Source: Octopus bimaculoides
Lineage: Eukaryota
Assembly (NCBI RefSeq): GCF_001194135.2
Contig: NC_068991.1
Span: 19,153,216 to 19,189,291 of the forward strand
DNA: 36,076 nt
Reading direction: 5' to 3'
Within the stretch, counting starts at the first letter, position 1. Each line of letters opens with the position of its first letter. Below are positions 22,449 to 32,668 of this stretch, in pieces. Under the pieces are notes generated by a model. It was not told the origin of the DNA. It did not search any database and saw nothing but the letters and a program-made list of their open reading frames with translations. The translations under genes were made by a program, and so were the position numbers.

Positions 22449-23215
22449 TTGGGTCATCCCATAAATAATGCGGTTTTTTTATACTTTTATTTTTCAAAAT
22501 TAAAATGAACAAAGTTCTTTTCTAATCTAAAATTTACTCTCCTTCAATTTCTACACTACTCTTCTATCTATGTAATAGACTTACAAGGTCCTTCTTCCAA
22601 AGTTCTCTTGTCCGTAACGAAAAATACTCCTCCAGTACTGTTCTGACCTCATCTACAGAATTCATATTTTTTCCGTCCAAATGATTTTGAAGACTGCAGA
22701 ATAAATGATAATCAGATGGGGCAATGTCTGGCGAATATGGTGGGTGGGGCATCGTTTCCAATTCAATCTGCTCCAACGTCATCTTTGCTGTATGTGAGGA
22801 GTGGCTGTGTGGTAAGTAGCTTGCTTACCAACTACATGGTTCCCGGTTCAGTCCCACTGCGTGGCACCTTGGGCAAGTGTCTTCTACTATAGCCTCGGGC
22901 CGACCAAAGCCTTGTGAGTGGATTTGGTAGGCGGAAACTGAAAGAAGCCCGTCATATATATATATTCTATCGGTCTCTAAAGAGACCGATAGAATAAGTA
23001 CTAGGCTTCCAAAGAATAAGTCCTGGGGTCGATTTGCTCGACTAAAAGGCGGTGCTCCAGCATGGCCACAGTCAAATGACTGAAACAAGTAAAAGAGTAA
23101 AAGAGTAAAAGAGAGCATTATCCTGATAGAAGAACATCTTTCCTCCTGAAACCAAACATGGTCCTTTTTCTTCTAGCGCTGACTTAAGACGCTGAAGCTG
23201 CTCGCAGTAGATCTT
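22449..23215 (-). mobile_element. Decayed mariner 3' half, interrupted by a SINE
   Basis: IYCEQLQRLKSALEEK..FFYQDNA [SINE] HTAKMTLEQIELETMPHPPYSPDIAPSDYHLF; TA followed by TIR-like TTGGGTCATCCCATAAATAATGCGG at 22449. Confidence 0.92.
22797..23113 (+). mobile_element. SINE family A with an internal deletion and fold-back
   Basis: Head and tail match family A; middle module replaced by a palindrome; tail (GTAAAAGA)n. Confidence 0.92.
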
Positions 23216-23479
23216 TTTTTATCACTCTAACCACTGAGACATGCCAGCGATCTATTCCATCATCGAAAGGAGAATGAGATGTAACAGTGATCTCTTCCAC
23301 CGTGGAAAAGAGAATAGTGGAAAGCTTTGGTTTACTACTATTGTTGAGTATAAGCAGAGAAATAAGGTCATACTAAGATGACGATAGAGGCTAACAAGTT
23401 TATCAAAAGATGAATATCTAAATTGCAAGAGTTAGATGAAGATATATGAGGTGGAACGTCTAATGACAGTTTGGGTAGG

Positions 23480-23790
23480 GAGAGTGAGTGGATACTAGGT
23501 GGTCTATTGTGAAGGAATCCATTTGCAAATAGCTACGGTTAGCTATGCTAGAATAATAAAGGTTTCCGTTAGCCAGATACGTTGGGTACAGCATAAGGAA
23601 CATTTACTATTTACAGCAGTTTGGCATGGTGGTCAGCGCAATGTATGGGGGATAGAAAGGGTCGTTTTATGTTCAGGGCAGTTAAGATGTGATGTATGCG
23701 TAAGATTATAAATCATCTGACAACAATAGAGTTCAGATGTCATTGAAGGCGACTGAGATGTCTGTGTTAGTTGACAGTTACCAAAATAAA
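23480..23790 (-). pseudogene. Highly degenerate LINE (CR1/L2-like) reverse transcriptase remnant
   Basis: Broken motifs TLLLSDDL (~TLFLLFINDL), SPIHCADHHAKLL (~IHCYADDAKL) and FSIANRSYLQ (~FNxxKC); many stops. Confidence 0.3.
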
Positions 23791-23827
23791 GGAATTGTTT
23801 ATTACAATAATAAGGAATTAATATTCC

Positions 23828-23881
23828 TTATTGTCGCTGAAGAGGTCACAGGATGTGATGAAAGATTTCCAACGATAATAA
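23828..23881 (+). ncRNA. Hammerhead-like ribozyme motif (family H2, copy 2)
   Basis: TTATTGTCG CTGAAGA g GTCACA gga TGTGAT GAAA gatttc caa CGATAATAA. Confidence 0.55.
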
Positions 23882-23893
23882 ACAATAATAAAC

Positions 23894-24056
23894 AGGCGCA
23901 GGCGTGGCCGTGTGGTAAGAAGTTTGCTTCCCAAAGACATGGTCCCGGGTTCAGTCCCACTGCATGACACTTTGGCCAAGTTTCTTCTTCTATAGCCTCG
24001 GGGCGACCAAAGCCCTGTGAGTGGATTTGGTAAACGAAAACTGAAAGAAGTTCGTC

Positions 24057-24088
<32 letters not shown>
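23894..24088 (+). mobile_element. SINE family A, 5' half (enters a gap at its internal (AT)n)
   Basis: aggcgcaggcgtggccgtgtggtaagaag..ctgaaagaagttcgtcgtat. Confidence 0.88.
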
Positions 24089-25577
24089 NNNNNNNNNNNN
24101 NNNNNNNNNNNNNNNNNNNNNNNNNNNNNNNNNNNNNNNNNNNNNNNNNNNNNNNNNNNNNNNNNNNNNNNNNNNNNNNNNNNNNNNNNNNNNNNNNNNN
24201 NNNNNNNNNNNNNNNNNNNNNNNNNNNNNNNNNNNNNNNNNNNNNNNNNNNNNNNNNNNNNNNNNNNNNNNNNNNNNNNNNNNNNNNNNNNNNNNNNNNN
24301 NNNNNNNNNNNNNNNNNNNNNNNNNNNNNNNNNNNNNNNNNNNNNNNNNNNNNNNNNNNNNNNNNNNNNNNNNNNNNNNNNNNNNNNNNNNNNNNNNNNN
24401 NNNNNNNNNNNNNNNNNNNNNNNNNNNNNNNNNNNNNNNNNNNNNNNNNNNNNNNNNNNNNNNNNNNNNNNNNNNNNNNNNNNNNNNNNNNNNNNNNNNN
24501 NNNNNNNNNNNNNNNNNNNNNNNNNNNNNNNNNNNNNNNNNNNNNNNNNNNNNNNNNNNNNNNNNNNNNNNNNNNNNNNNNNNNNNNNNNNNNNNNNNNN
24601 NNNNNNNNNNNNNNNNNNNNNNNNNNNNNNNNNNNNNNNNNNNNNNNNNNNNNNNNNNNNNNNNNNNNNNNNNNNNNNNNNNNNNNNNNNNNNNNNNNNN
24701 NNNNNNNNNNNNNNNNNNNNNNNNNNNNNNNNNNNNNNNNNNNNNNNNNNNNNNNNTATATATACGTATGGAGAAATGGTTATTTCGAATGAGTCAGAAA
24801 ACTGTTGACCGTTGCTTATAACTCCATATAAATCCATATACAGCCATCTTCCAATCAAGTATTTTTTCTTGGATTGTCTTTTGGTAGAATATTCATTCGA
24901 ATAAATCATAGAGTGTATACGGGAGAGTAGAATAAGCTAGAAGATTCGGTTATTCTCTTTATTTTAACATCATAAATTACATAATCTTTATAGGTGTTTC
25001 AGTAGCGAGTACTAGTATGTCATGTTCGTGCAGTAATCGTTACATAGATGATTGTGCAATCACCTTAGAACATCGGATCTTCAGAAGAAAATAGTAATTT
25101 AATCTATCGTTAACTGCCAACTTCAGTTGGTAGGCAGAACAAAATAACTGCCTATAAATTTAGTTGAACTTTCTATATATAGCAATTAAGAAAAAGAATT
25201 TTGTTATTCCTATTTTATTGCTGAGATGAAGAAAGAAGAAAAAGGAGAATGGTTACAAACGTAATCAAGGTATTTGGAGAAAAGATGAAATTCAACGCCT
25301 AAGCTATCTTAGATCAAAGAAGCCTTTGAGTTAACGATGATAAATAGCTAAGAATTTAGTGGCATATAAAAGAGCCGGATATTGCATACTTAATCATTCG
25401 TACATACAGACGCGTGCGCTCACACACACGCATATTCCTAAATGACTACGTATTTATCTACCGGCGTATGTATATATGGCTACATCCAAGCATACACATA
25501 AATGCGTATAAGAAAGTTAATGTTCAACTACTTGCACAAATATACCAAGATTTGTTCGTCAATTTATGTATCTAAAA

Positions 25578-25785
25578 TCGGTGTTCCTGGCTTTAAAGGG
25601 TATCACGAAAGGCCTGGTTGGAGGCCCAACCATCCAAGTTCTTTTACAGGGCTTAGAAAAACTAAAGGACCGCTGCAATAAGTGAGTGAATCTGAGAGGG
25701 GAATATGTTGAATAAAATCATAATTAACTGATCCTTCTGTATTTTCTTTTATTCAAAGCCAGGAACTTTTCAGCACACCCTCGTG
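25578..25785 (+). mobile_element. Second mariner-derived MITE (left TIR partly lost)
   Basis: gttcctggcttt (25583-25594) is inverted at aaagccaggaac (25755-25766); terminus cagcacaccctcgt; encodes LQGLEKLKDRCNK*VNLRGEYVE*. Confidence 0.75.
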
Positions 25786-25810
25786 TATATGTATGTATAT
25801 ATATATATAT

Positions 25811-26010
25811 ACTTACTTAGGAAGGCTGTTGTCCACGTCGTCTGCATGCTCGTTCGTCGTCTGCACACTCGTTCGTCGTCTGCACGCTCATTCGTCATCT
25901 GCACGCTTGTTCGTCGCTGATCAGGCCGATGTGGGATTGACATATCCGACTGCAGTGATGACAGGGGTATGGTTGTTCAGTGTCTGATGCTGTAGCTGCA
26001 TTGTTTTTTC
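25811..26010 (-). mobile_element. RTE-clade LINE 3' end with a 4x19-bp tandem repeat
   Basis: RKNNAATASDTEQPYPCHHCSRICQSHIGLIS..ERACRRRGQQPS* matches the RTE ORF2 C-terminal CxxCxRxCxSxIGLxSH motif; TAAGTAAG tail. Confidence 0.75.
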
Positions 26011-26346
26011 GCTACCTGTGACTCTGGGATTGTAGTGCCTTCGGGTCCTGTGTATGAAGGTTGTAATGCATTCGTGAATTGATAGTGTAGTGCTTGAAAT
26101 TTTCCAGCATTAAACTGTATGTTGCTTATTTCGGCCCATTTGTATATCGAATTGAGGTCCCGTTGTAAACTTGCGACGTCAACTTGATTTTTTAGTGTTT
26201 GTGATAATTTTGTACCATCAGCATAGCTGATGACAGTAACTCTGCAAGAGTTCTGTTCAAGAGAGCTATTATGAACAATAATGGCCCCTGAACAGTTCTC
26301 TGATGGACGCCACTTGGGATTTGAGTTTCCTCAGAAAGGGCAACAT
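26011..26346 (-). pseudogene. CR1-type LINE reverse transcriptase fragment
   Basis: SGVHQRTVQGPLLFIIAL / VISYADGTKL..LQRDLNSIYKWAEISNIQFNAGKFQALHY, with a frameshift. Confidence 0.88.
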
Positions 26347-26449
26347 TGGCTGCAACCATATATATATATATCAGATACATATATATATTATATATAAACA
26401 CATACATATGTAGATATATATATGTATGTATGTGTGTGTGTGTGTGTGC

Positions 26450-26500
<51 letters not shown>

Positions 26501-26655
26501 TGCGTGTATCCCCAAATATAACAATATCTATTGAAACAGATATTATAGTTGGGGACAATCATCTTTTGCTAGTTAAACACAGGGAATGTATGGTATGAGA
26601 GAAGACACGTGGCACAGAAAGTCGTTGAAGAGGTCACATTTGGCATACATATATA

Positions 26656-26781
26656 CAGGCGTGGCAAAAGAGACCGATAGAATAAGTACTAACCTTACAA
26701 AGATTTGCTCGACTAAAGGCGGTGCTTCAGCATGGCCGCAGTCAAATGACAAGCAATTAAAACAGTAAAAGAGTAAAAGAA
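26656..26781 (+). mobile_element. Miniature, internally deleted SINE family A
   Basis: caggcgtggc joined to aaaagagaccgatagaataagtact..ggcggtgcttcagcatggccgcagtc..gtaaaagag. Confidence 0.75.
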
Positions 26782-26945
26782 TACATAAACACATACATAC
26801 ATACATACACACATACATACATACATACTTGCATTAGTTAAAACATTAGCTAATACGTACATTTGCTAAAACAACTTTCGCTTATGTAATATGGTTAGGC
26901 AATTCTTGTTCCGATGTAATTTGTTAATTATATATGCGTATGTTT

Positions 26946-26993
<48 letters not shown>

Positions 26994-27555
26994 TTGTGTG
27001 TGTCATGATACGGATGATAAAGACATAGATAGATGAATATGCTTATCATTGTATATCTTGGTTTTATGCATGTATATGTATGTGTGTGTGTGTGTGTGTG
27101 TATATATNNNNNNNNNNNNNNNNNNNNNNNNNNNNNNNNNNNNNNNNNNNNNNNNNNNNNNNNNNNNNNNNNNNNNNNNNNNNNNNNNNNNNNNNNNNNN
27201 NNNNNNNNNNNNNNNNNNNNNNNNNNNNNNNNNNNNNNNNNNNNNNNNNNNNNNNNNNNNNNNNNNNNNNNNNNNNNNNNNNNNNNNNNNNNNNNNNNNN
27301 NNNNNNNNNNNNNNNNNNNNNNNNNNNNNNNNNNNNNNNNNNNNNNNNNNNNNNNNNNNNNNNNNNNNNNNNNNNNNNNNNNNNNNNNNNNNNNNNNNNN
27401 NNNNNNNNNNNNNNNNNNNNNNNNNNNNNNNNNNNNNNNNNNNNNNNNNNNNNNNNNNNNNNNNNNNNNNNNNNNNNTGTATGTATATATGTATATATGT
27501 TTATCTGCATGTATGTGTGTTTATGTACATAGATATGTACTTGTGGTATGCGTCT

Positions 27556-27596
<41 letters not shown>

Positions 27597-27768
27597 AATC
27601 GTATCCTTGGATTAAGAGGGATTAAATTTGAGGTTTCTTTAATCTTATACATTATTCATTCATTCATTTATTCATTTATTTATCCTTTCATTTATGTATT
27701 TATTTATTTATTCAGATGCTTGAAAGTCCTTCAATTCTGTCAAGGTAGCATCTTCACTGCTTACTTAC

Positions 27769-27874
27769 CTTGATTGCGTTGTTGTTGTTCTTGTTGTTGC
27801 TGTTGCTGCGGCTGTTGTTGTTGTCGATGTTGTTGCTGTTGTTAGTCTGTAGATCGTCTGCATCGTTCGAACAT
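27769..27874 (-). other. Candidate 106-nt exon
   Basis: tatattttttag|ATGTTC..ATCAAG|GTAAGT; two frames open; low-complexity content. Confidence 0.3.
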
Positions 27875-28118
27875 CTAAAAAATATATACCCTGCTGTAAT
27901 ATTTGATTACCTCCCTTTACGCTCCATGTTTAACCCTTTTGACAGTCGTATTTTCAGGAAGTATTTCCTTAGCATCGATACATGATATATAATACACATA
28001 CTCGGTTTTGTGGGGGCGTTTTTTTTTCATGCACCAGAATAACATGGGACTTATGAAAGGAAAGCTTTATATTCCTCAGAGCTTAGGAAGAACGGGCTAA
28101 ATGAAAGTCTTACAACAA

Positions 28119-28363
28119 ACTCTTTACTCTCTTTACTCTTTTACTTGTTTCAGTCATTTGACTGCGGCCATGCTGGAGCACCGCCTTTAGTCGAGAAAAT
28201 CGGCCCCAGGACTTATTCTCTAGAAGCCTAGTACTTATTCTATCGTTCTCTTTTTGCCGAACCGCTATGTTACGGGGAAGTAAACACACTACCATCGGTT
28301 GTCAAGCGATGGTGGAGGGACAAACACAGACACACAAACATATATACACACATACATGTATAT
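28119..28363 (-). mobile_element. SINE family A, 3' half (head in gap)
   Basis: ctcttttacttgtttcagtcatttgactgcggccatgctggagcaccgcc..gacaaacacagac. Confidence 0.9.
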
Positions 28364-29336
28364 NNNNNNNNNNNNNNNNNNNNNNNNNNNNNNNNNNNNN
28401 NNNNNNNNNNNNNNNNNNNNNNNNNNNNNNNNNNNNNNNNNNNNNNNNNNNNNNNNNNNNNNNNNNNNNNNNNNNNNNNNNNNNNNNNNNNNNNNNNNNN
28501 NNNNNNNNNNNNNNNNNNNNNNNNNNNNNNNNNNNNNNNNNNNNNNNNNNNNNNNNNNNNNNNNNNNNNNNNNNNNNNNNNNNNNNNNNNNNNNNNNNNN
28601 NNNNNNNNNNNNNNNNNNNNNNNNNNNNNNNNNNNNNNNNNNNNNNNNNNNNNNNNNNNNNNNNNNNNNNNNNNNNNNNNNNNNNNNNNNNNNNNNNNNN
28701 NNNNNNNNNNNNNNNNNNNNNNNNNNNNNNNNNNNNNNNNNNNNNNNNNNNNNNNNNNNNNNNNNNNNNNNNNNNNNNNNNNNNNNNNNNNNNNNNNNNN
28801 NNNNNNNNNNNNNNNNNNNNNNNNNNNNNNNNNNNNNNNNNNNNNNNNNNNNNNNNNNNNNNNNNNNNNNNNNNNNNNNNNNNNNNNNNNNNNNNNNNNN
28901 NNNNNNNNNNNNNNNNNNNNNNNNNNNNNNNNNNNNNNNNNNNNNNNNNNNNNNNNNNNNNNNNNNNNNNNNNNNNNNNNNNNNNNNNNNNNNNNNNNNN
29001 NNNNNNNNNNNNNNNNNNNNNNNNNNNNNNNNNNNNNNNNNNNNNNNNNNNNNNNNNNNNNNNNNNNNNNNNNNNNNNNNNNNNNNNNNNNNNNNNNNNN
29101 NNNNNNNNNNNNNNNNNNNNNNNNNNNNNNNNNNNNNNNNNNNNNNNNNNNNNNNNNNNNNNNNNNNNNNNNNNNNNNNNNNNNNNNNNNNNNNNNNNNN
29201 NNNNNNNNNNNNNNNNNNNNNNNNNNNNNNNNNNNNNNNNNNNNNNNNNNNNNNNNNNNNNNNNNNNNNNNNNNNNNNNNNNNNNNNNNNNNNNNNNNNN
29301 NNNNNNNNNNNNNNNNNNNNNNNNNNNNNNNNNNNN

Positions 29337-29595
29337 GCAACGGTCCTCCAAGATCAGTTCATGAATTTTCGTGATGTTTTCATTCGTTCGGGAGTTCGAC
29401 GGTCTCCCTGAACACGAGGTTGGTCTTCAAGCGACAGGTGTTCATTCCTTAAGTGTGAAAAACCACTCATAAACTTGGTTTCTTTTTTTAAACTCATGGC
29501 AGCGTCCTTGTAAGCTGTTTGTAAGCATGGTAACTGTTTCGGCTGCCGTTTTTCCCAGCAAAAATGAAAATTAAAAGGCAAAATACTTGCTCGGA
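29337..29595 (-). pseudogene. Mariner transposase N-terminal HTH remnant
   Basis: FLLGKTAAETVTM / LQTAYKDAAMS / FSHLRNEHLSLEDQPR / SGRPSNSRTNENITKIHELILEDR across frameshifts. Confidence 0.85.
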
Positions 29596-29629
29596 TTTCA
29601 CACTACCAACATTGAATGCAAAACCACAT

Positions 29630-29780
29630 CACCAACACCACTAACAACAACAGCAGCAACAGCAGCAGCAGCATCAACAACAACAACAGCAACAACAGCA
29701 GCAGCAATGGCAACATCAACAACAACAGCAGCAGCAGCGACAACAAGAACAACAACAAGAACAACAAGAACAAGAACAAG

Positions 29781-29810
<30 letters not shown>
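29630..29810. repeat. Compound (AAC/AGC/AAGAAC)n microsatellite
   Basis: Direct reading. Confidence 0.95.
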
Positions 29811-29813
<3 letters not shown>

Positions 29814-30020
29814 CCTTTCTGCTATATGTGCAACACCTGAAATTTTGAGTGAGAGATTAAATCGATTACATCGACCTCAATAATGCCACCAGTACTTAAC
29901 TTATCGACCACGAAAAGATGAAAGACAAATTCGACCTCGGCGTAATTTGAACTCAGAACGATGAAACGCCACTGAGCATTTTCACCGGAGTGCTAACGAT
30001 TCCGCCTGCTCACCGCCTTA
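29811..30020 (-). mobile_element. SINE family B monomer, full-length older copy
   Basis: Minus strand reads taaggcggtgagcaggcggaatcgttagc..aaaatttcaggtgttgcacatatagcagaaaggatt. Confidence 0.85.
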
Positions 30021-30597
30021 ATGATAATGACGATGAAGGTGATGACGATGATGATGATGATGATGATGATGACAATGATGATGATAACAATAATAATAAT
30101 GGCGATAATGATTTCTTTAGATTTGGAAAAACGTTACGTAGGTTCAGTGGAAATTGCGGAGGCTGGATGTTTTCAGTCTTACCATTCTCTTTCTTCCGAT
30201 GCCAAACATTAAAGACAGATGGAACTAGAAAGAGAAATACGTTCTCTTCTTCTTCTTCTTCACTTTTGTATTGCATGTTAATATTTACCCGGATCGATGG
30301 GGAAATATTACAAAAGCAAAACGTTTGAAACGTGGAGAAGAAACGACGACAAAAGAAAATGATACGGCAAAGCATATTAAATACAGCGAACAAAGGCAGC
30401 GAAATGGAAAATTACATACAGATATAGATGCAAACAAAATTAACTAGTATCAGAAAAGATTTATGAAAAATGGAAGATCTGGTAATGGAAGACGAGTTAA
30501 AAGAAAGAATGAAAGACCAGAAACGAGGTAAGCACAAACAATTTCAAACATGGCGGATATATCTGTGTGTGTGCGTACGCGCTTATGAGTGCGTATA

Positions 30598-30630
<33 letters not shown>

Positions 30631-30961
30631 NNNNNNNNNNNNNNNNNNNNNNNNNNNNNNNNNNNNNNNNNNNNNNNNNNNNNNNNNNNNNNNNNNNNNN
30701 NNNNNNNNNNNNNNNNNNNNNNNNNNNNNNNNNNNNNNNNNNNNNNNNNNNNNNNNNNNNNNNNNNNNNNNNNNNNNNNNNNNNNNNNNGAGAAATAAAG
30801 ATTTCAAAGGTATGAACGGCATAAAACTACATTAAAGGCGTAAGCGCAATGTATTTGTCATAAATACTAGGGAAAAACGAATATCTTCCAAATGGTAAAA
30901 AAAAAAAAAGAAAAACATCTGTATCGAAGAAAACAAAACGAGAGATATCTGATATAATCCT

Positions 30962-31050
30962 TTTTACTGGCTTCCGTCATTGGAACGCGGCCATGCTTCG
31001 ACTCTGCCTTTAAGGATTTCCAGTGGTTCATATCGACCCCAGTACTTATT
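30962..31050 (-). mobile_element. Old SINE tail fragment (family A-type tail)
   Basis: ttttactggcttccgtcattggaacgcggccatgc..tcgaccccagtacttatt. Confidence 0.5.
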
Positions 31051-31242
31051 TACCTTTATTGAAAATAAAGGGAGGTAATTCAGCGTACTATATTACACAA
31101 GTAAACATAAAAACATATATACATACACACATGCATATATATAATATAATATAGTATATATATTACGGAGGTGCACTTGCATAGCAAGTGACCTGATCTG
31201 AGATCGTGTGCTGGAACGAAAACAATTGCAGCGTGGAAGATG

Positions 31243-31323
31243 TTTATAAGCCATTTAAAATAACACACAAAATCCGTTAGATTCACTTCAACATTTTGTG
31301 TGTTATTTTAAATGGCTTATAAA
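31243..31323. repeat. Perfect 31-bp inverted repeat with a 19-nt spacer
   Basis: 31243-31273 is the reverse complement of 31293-31323. Confidence 0.97.
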
Positions 31324-31473
31324 ATAATATATATATATATGCTCCTAATAATTCAAAATTTTATCTTGTTTTACTTGTGCGGTGCTGGTACACATCAGCA
31401 AGTAGACTCTACACTATTTGCTTATATACTTCAGACCAGTGATTCAAATTCGCTTCAAGGTGGCTTGAGGTAT

Positions 31474-31520
31474 ATGATGCTGACGAGCTGAAATAGCAGC
31501 GAAATATCGATATCCATCGT
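31474..31520 (+). ncRNA. Type I hammerhead ribozyme with a canonical core
   Basis: Stem I ATGATG/CATCGT; core CTGACGA (31480-31486); stem II GCTG/CAGC; GAAA (31501-31504); palindromic stem III ATATCGATAT; AUC cleavage triplet ending at 31514. Confidence 0.85.
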
Positions 31521-31659
31521 TCTCGTCCACGTATGGAGCGAGTTGTCTCGTCTGGCTTGAGGTATTCATTGTTTTTTTTTTAACACCCGGCATCATAAAG
31601 AAACGTTTCTCTCTGATGAGAATGATCAAATGTTCGTGCCGCATCAGGTGTCGAAGTGG

Positions 31660-31785
31660 TCGCAGAGCAATGTGAAATGAAGTGTTTTGCTCAGGAATAC
31701 AAAGCATGACCCAGTCTAGGAATTGAAATCACGATTTAAAGATGGTGAGTGCAGCACCCTAACCACTAAACCGTACTCCCTCATA
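31660..31785 (-). mobile_element. Older CORE-type SINE head
   Basis: gagcaatgtgaaatgaagtgttttgctcaggaatac..ggaattgaaatcacg..ccctaaccact, similar to families C and D. Confidence 0.6.
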
Positions 31786-32633
31786 TANNNNNNNNNNNNN
31801 NNNNNNNNNNNNNNNNNNNNNNNNNNNNNNNNNNNNNNNNNNNNNNNNNNNNNNNNNNNNNNNNNNNNNNNNNNNNNNNNNNNNNNNNNNNNNNNNNNNN
31901 NNNNNNNNNNNNNNNNNNNNNNNNNNNNNNNNNNNNNNNNNNNNNNNNNNNNNNNNNNNNNNNNNNNNNNNNNNNNNNNNNNNNNNNNNNNNNNNNNNNN
32001 NNNNNNNNNNNNNNNNNNNNNNNNNNNNNNNNNNNNNNNNNNNNNNNNNNNNNNNNNNNNNNNNNNNNNNNNNNNNNNNNNNNNNNNNNNNNNNNNNNNN
32101 NNNNNNNNNNNNNNNNNNNNNNNNNNNNNNNNNNNNNNNNNNNNNNNNNNNNNNNNNNNNNNNNNNNNNNNNNNNNNNNNNNNNNNNNNNNNNNNNNNNN
32201 NNNNNNNNNNNNNNNNNNNNNNNNNNNNNNNNNNNNNNNNNNNNNNNNNNNNNNNNNNNNNNNNNNNNNNNNNNNNNNNNNNNNNNNNNNNNNNNNNNNN
32301 NNNNNNNNNNNNNNNNNNNNNNNNNNNNNNNNNNNNNNNNNNNNNNNNNNNNNNNNNNNNNNNNNNNNNNNNNNNNNNNNNNNNNNNNNNNNNNNNNNNN
32401 NNNNNNNNNNNNNNNNNNNNNNNNNNNNNNNNNNNNNNNNNNNNNNNNNNNNNNNNNNNNNNNNNNNNNNNNNNNNNNNNNNNNNNNNNNNNNNNNNNNN
32501 NNNNNNNNNNNNNNNNNNNNNNNNNNNNNNNNNNNNNNNNNNNNNNNNNNNNNNNNNNNNNNNNNNNNNNNNNNNNNNNNNNNNNNNNNNNNNNNNNNNN
32601 NNNNNNNNNNNNNNNNNNNNNNNNNNNNNNNNN

Positions 32634-32668
<35 letters not shown>

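Noticed and set aside
24994-25094. RYIDDC motif resembling an RT active site
   Set aside because: No other RT motifs in the flanks
27930-27940. TTAACCCTTT piggyBac-like end
   Set aside because: No matching opposite end found
22449-29595. Mariner N- and C-terminal remnants as one element
   Set aside because: 6 kb apart with unrelated sequence between and no evidence of shared family
30121-30137. Plus-strand microexon DLEKRY resembling a neuropeptide cleavage site
   Set aside because: Short pyrimidine tract, opposite strand to the other candidates, too short to assign
2251-31785. A-box/B-box motifs as tRNA genes
   Set aside because: Embedded in dispersed SINEs; no full cloverleaf
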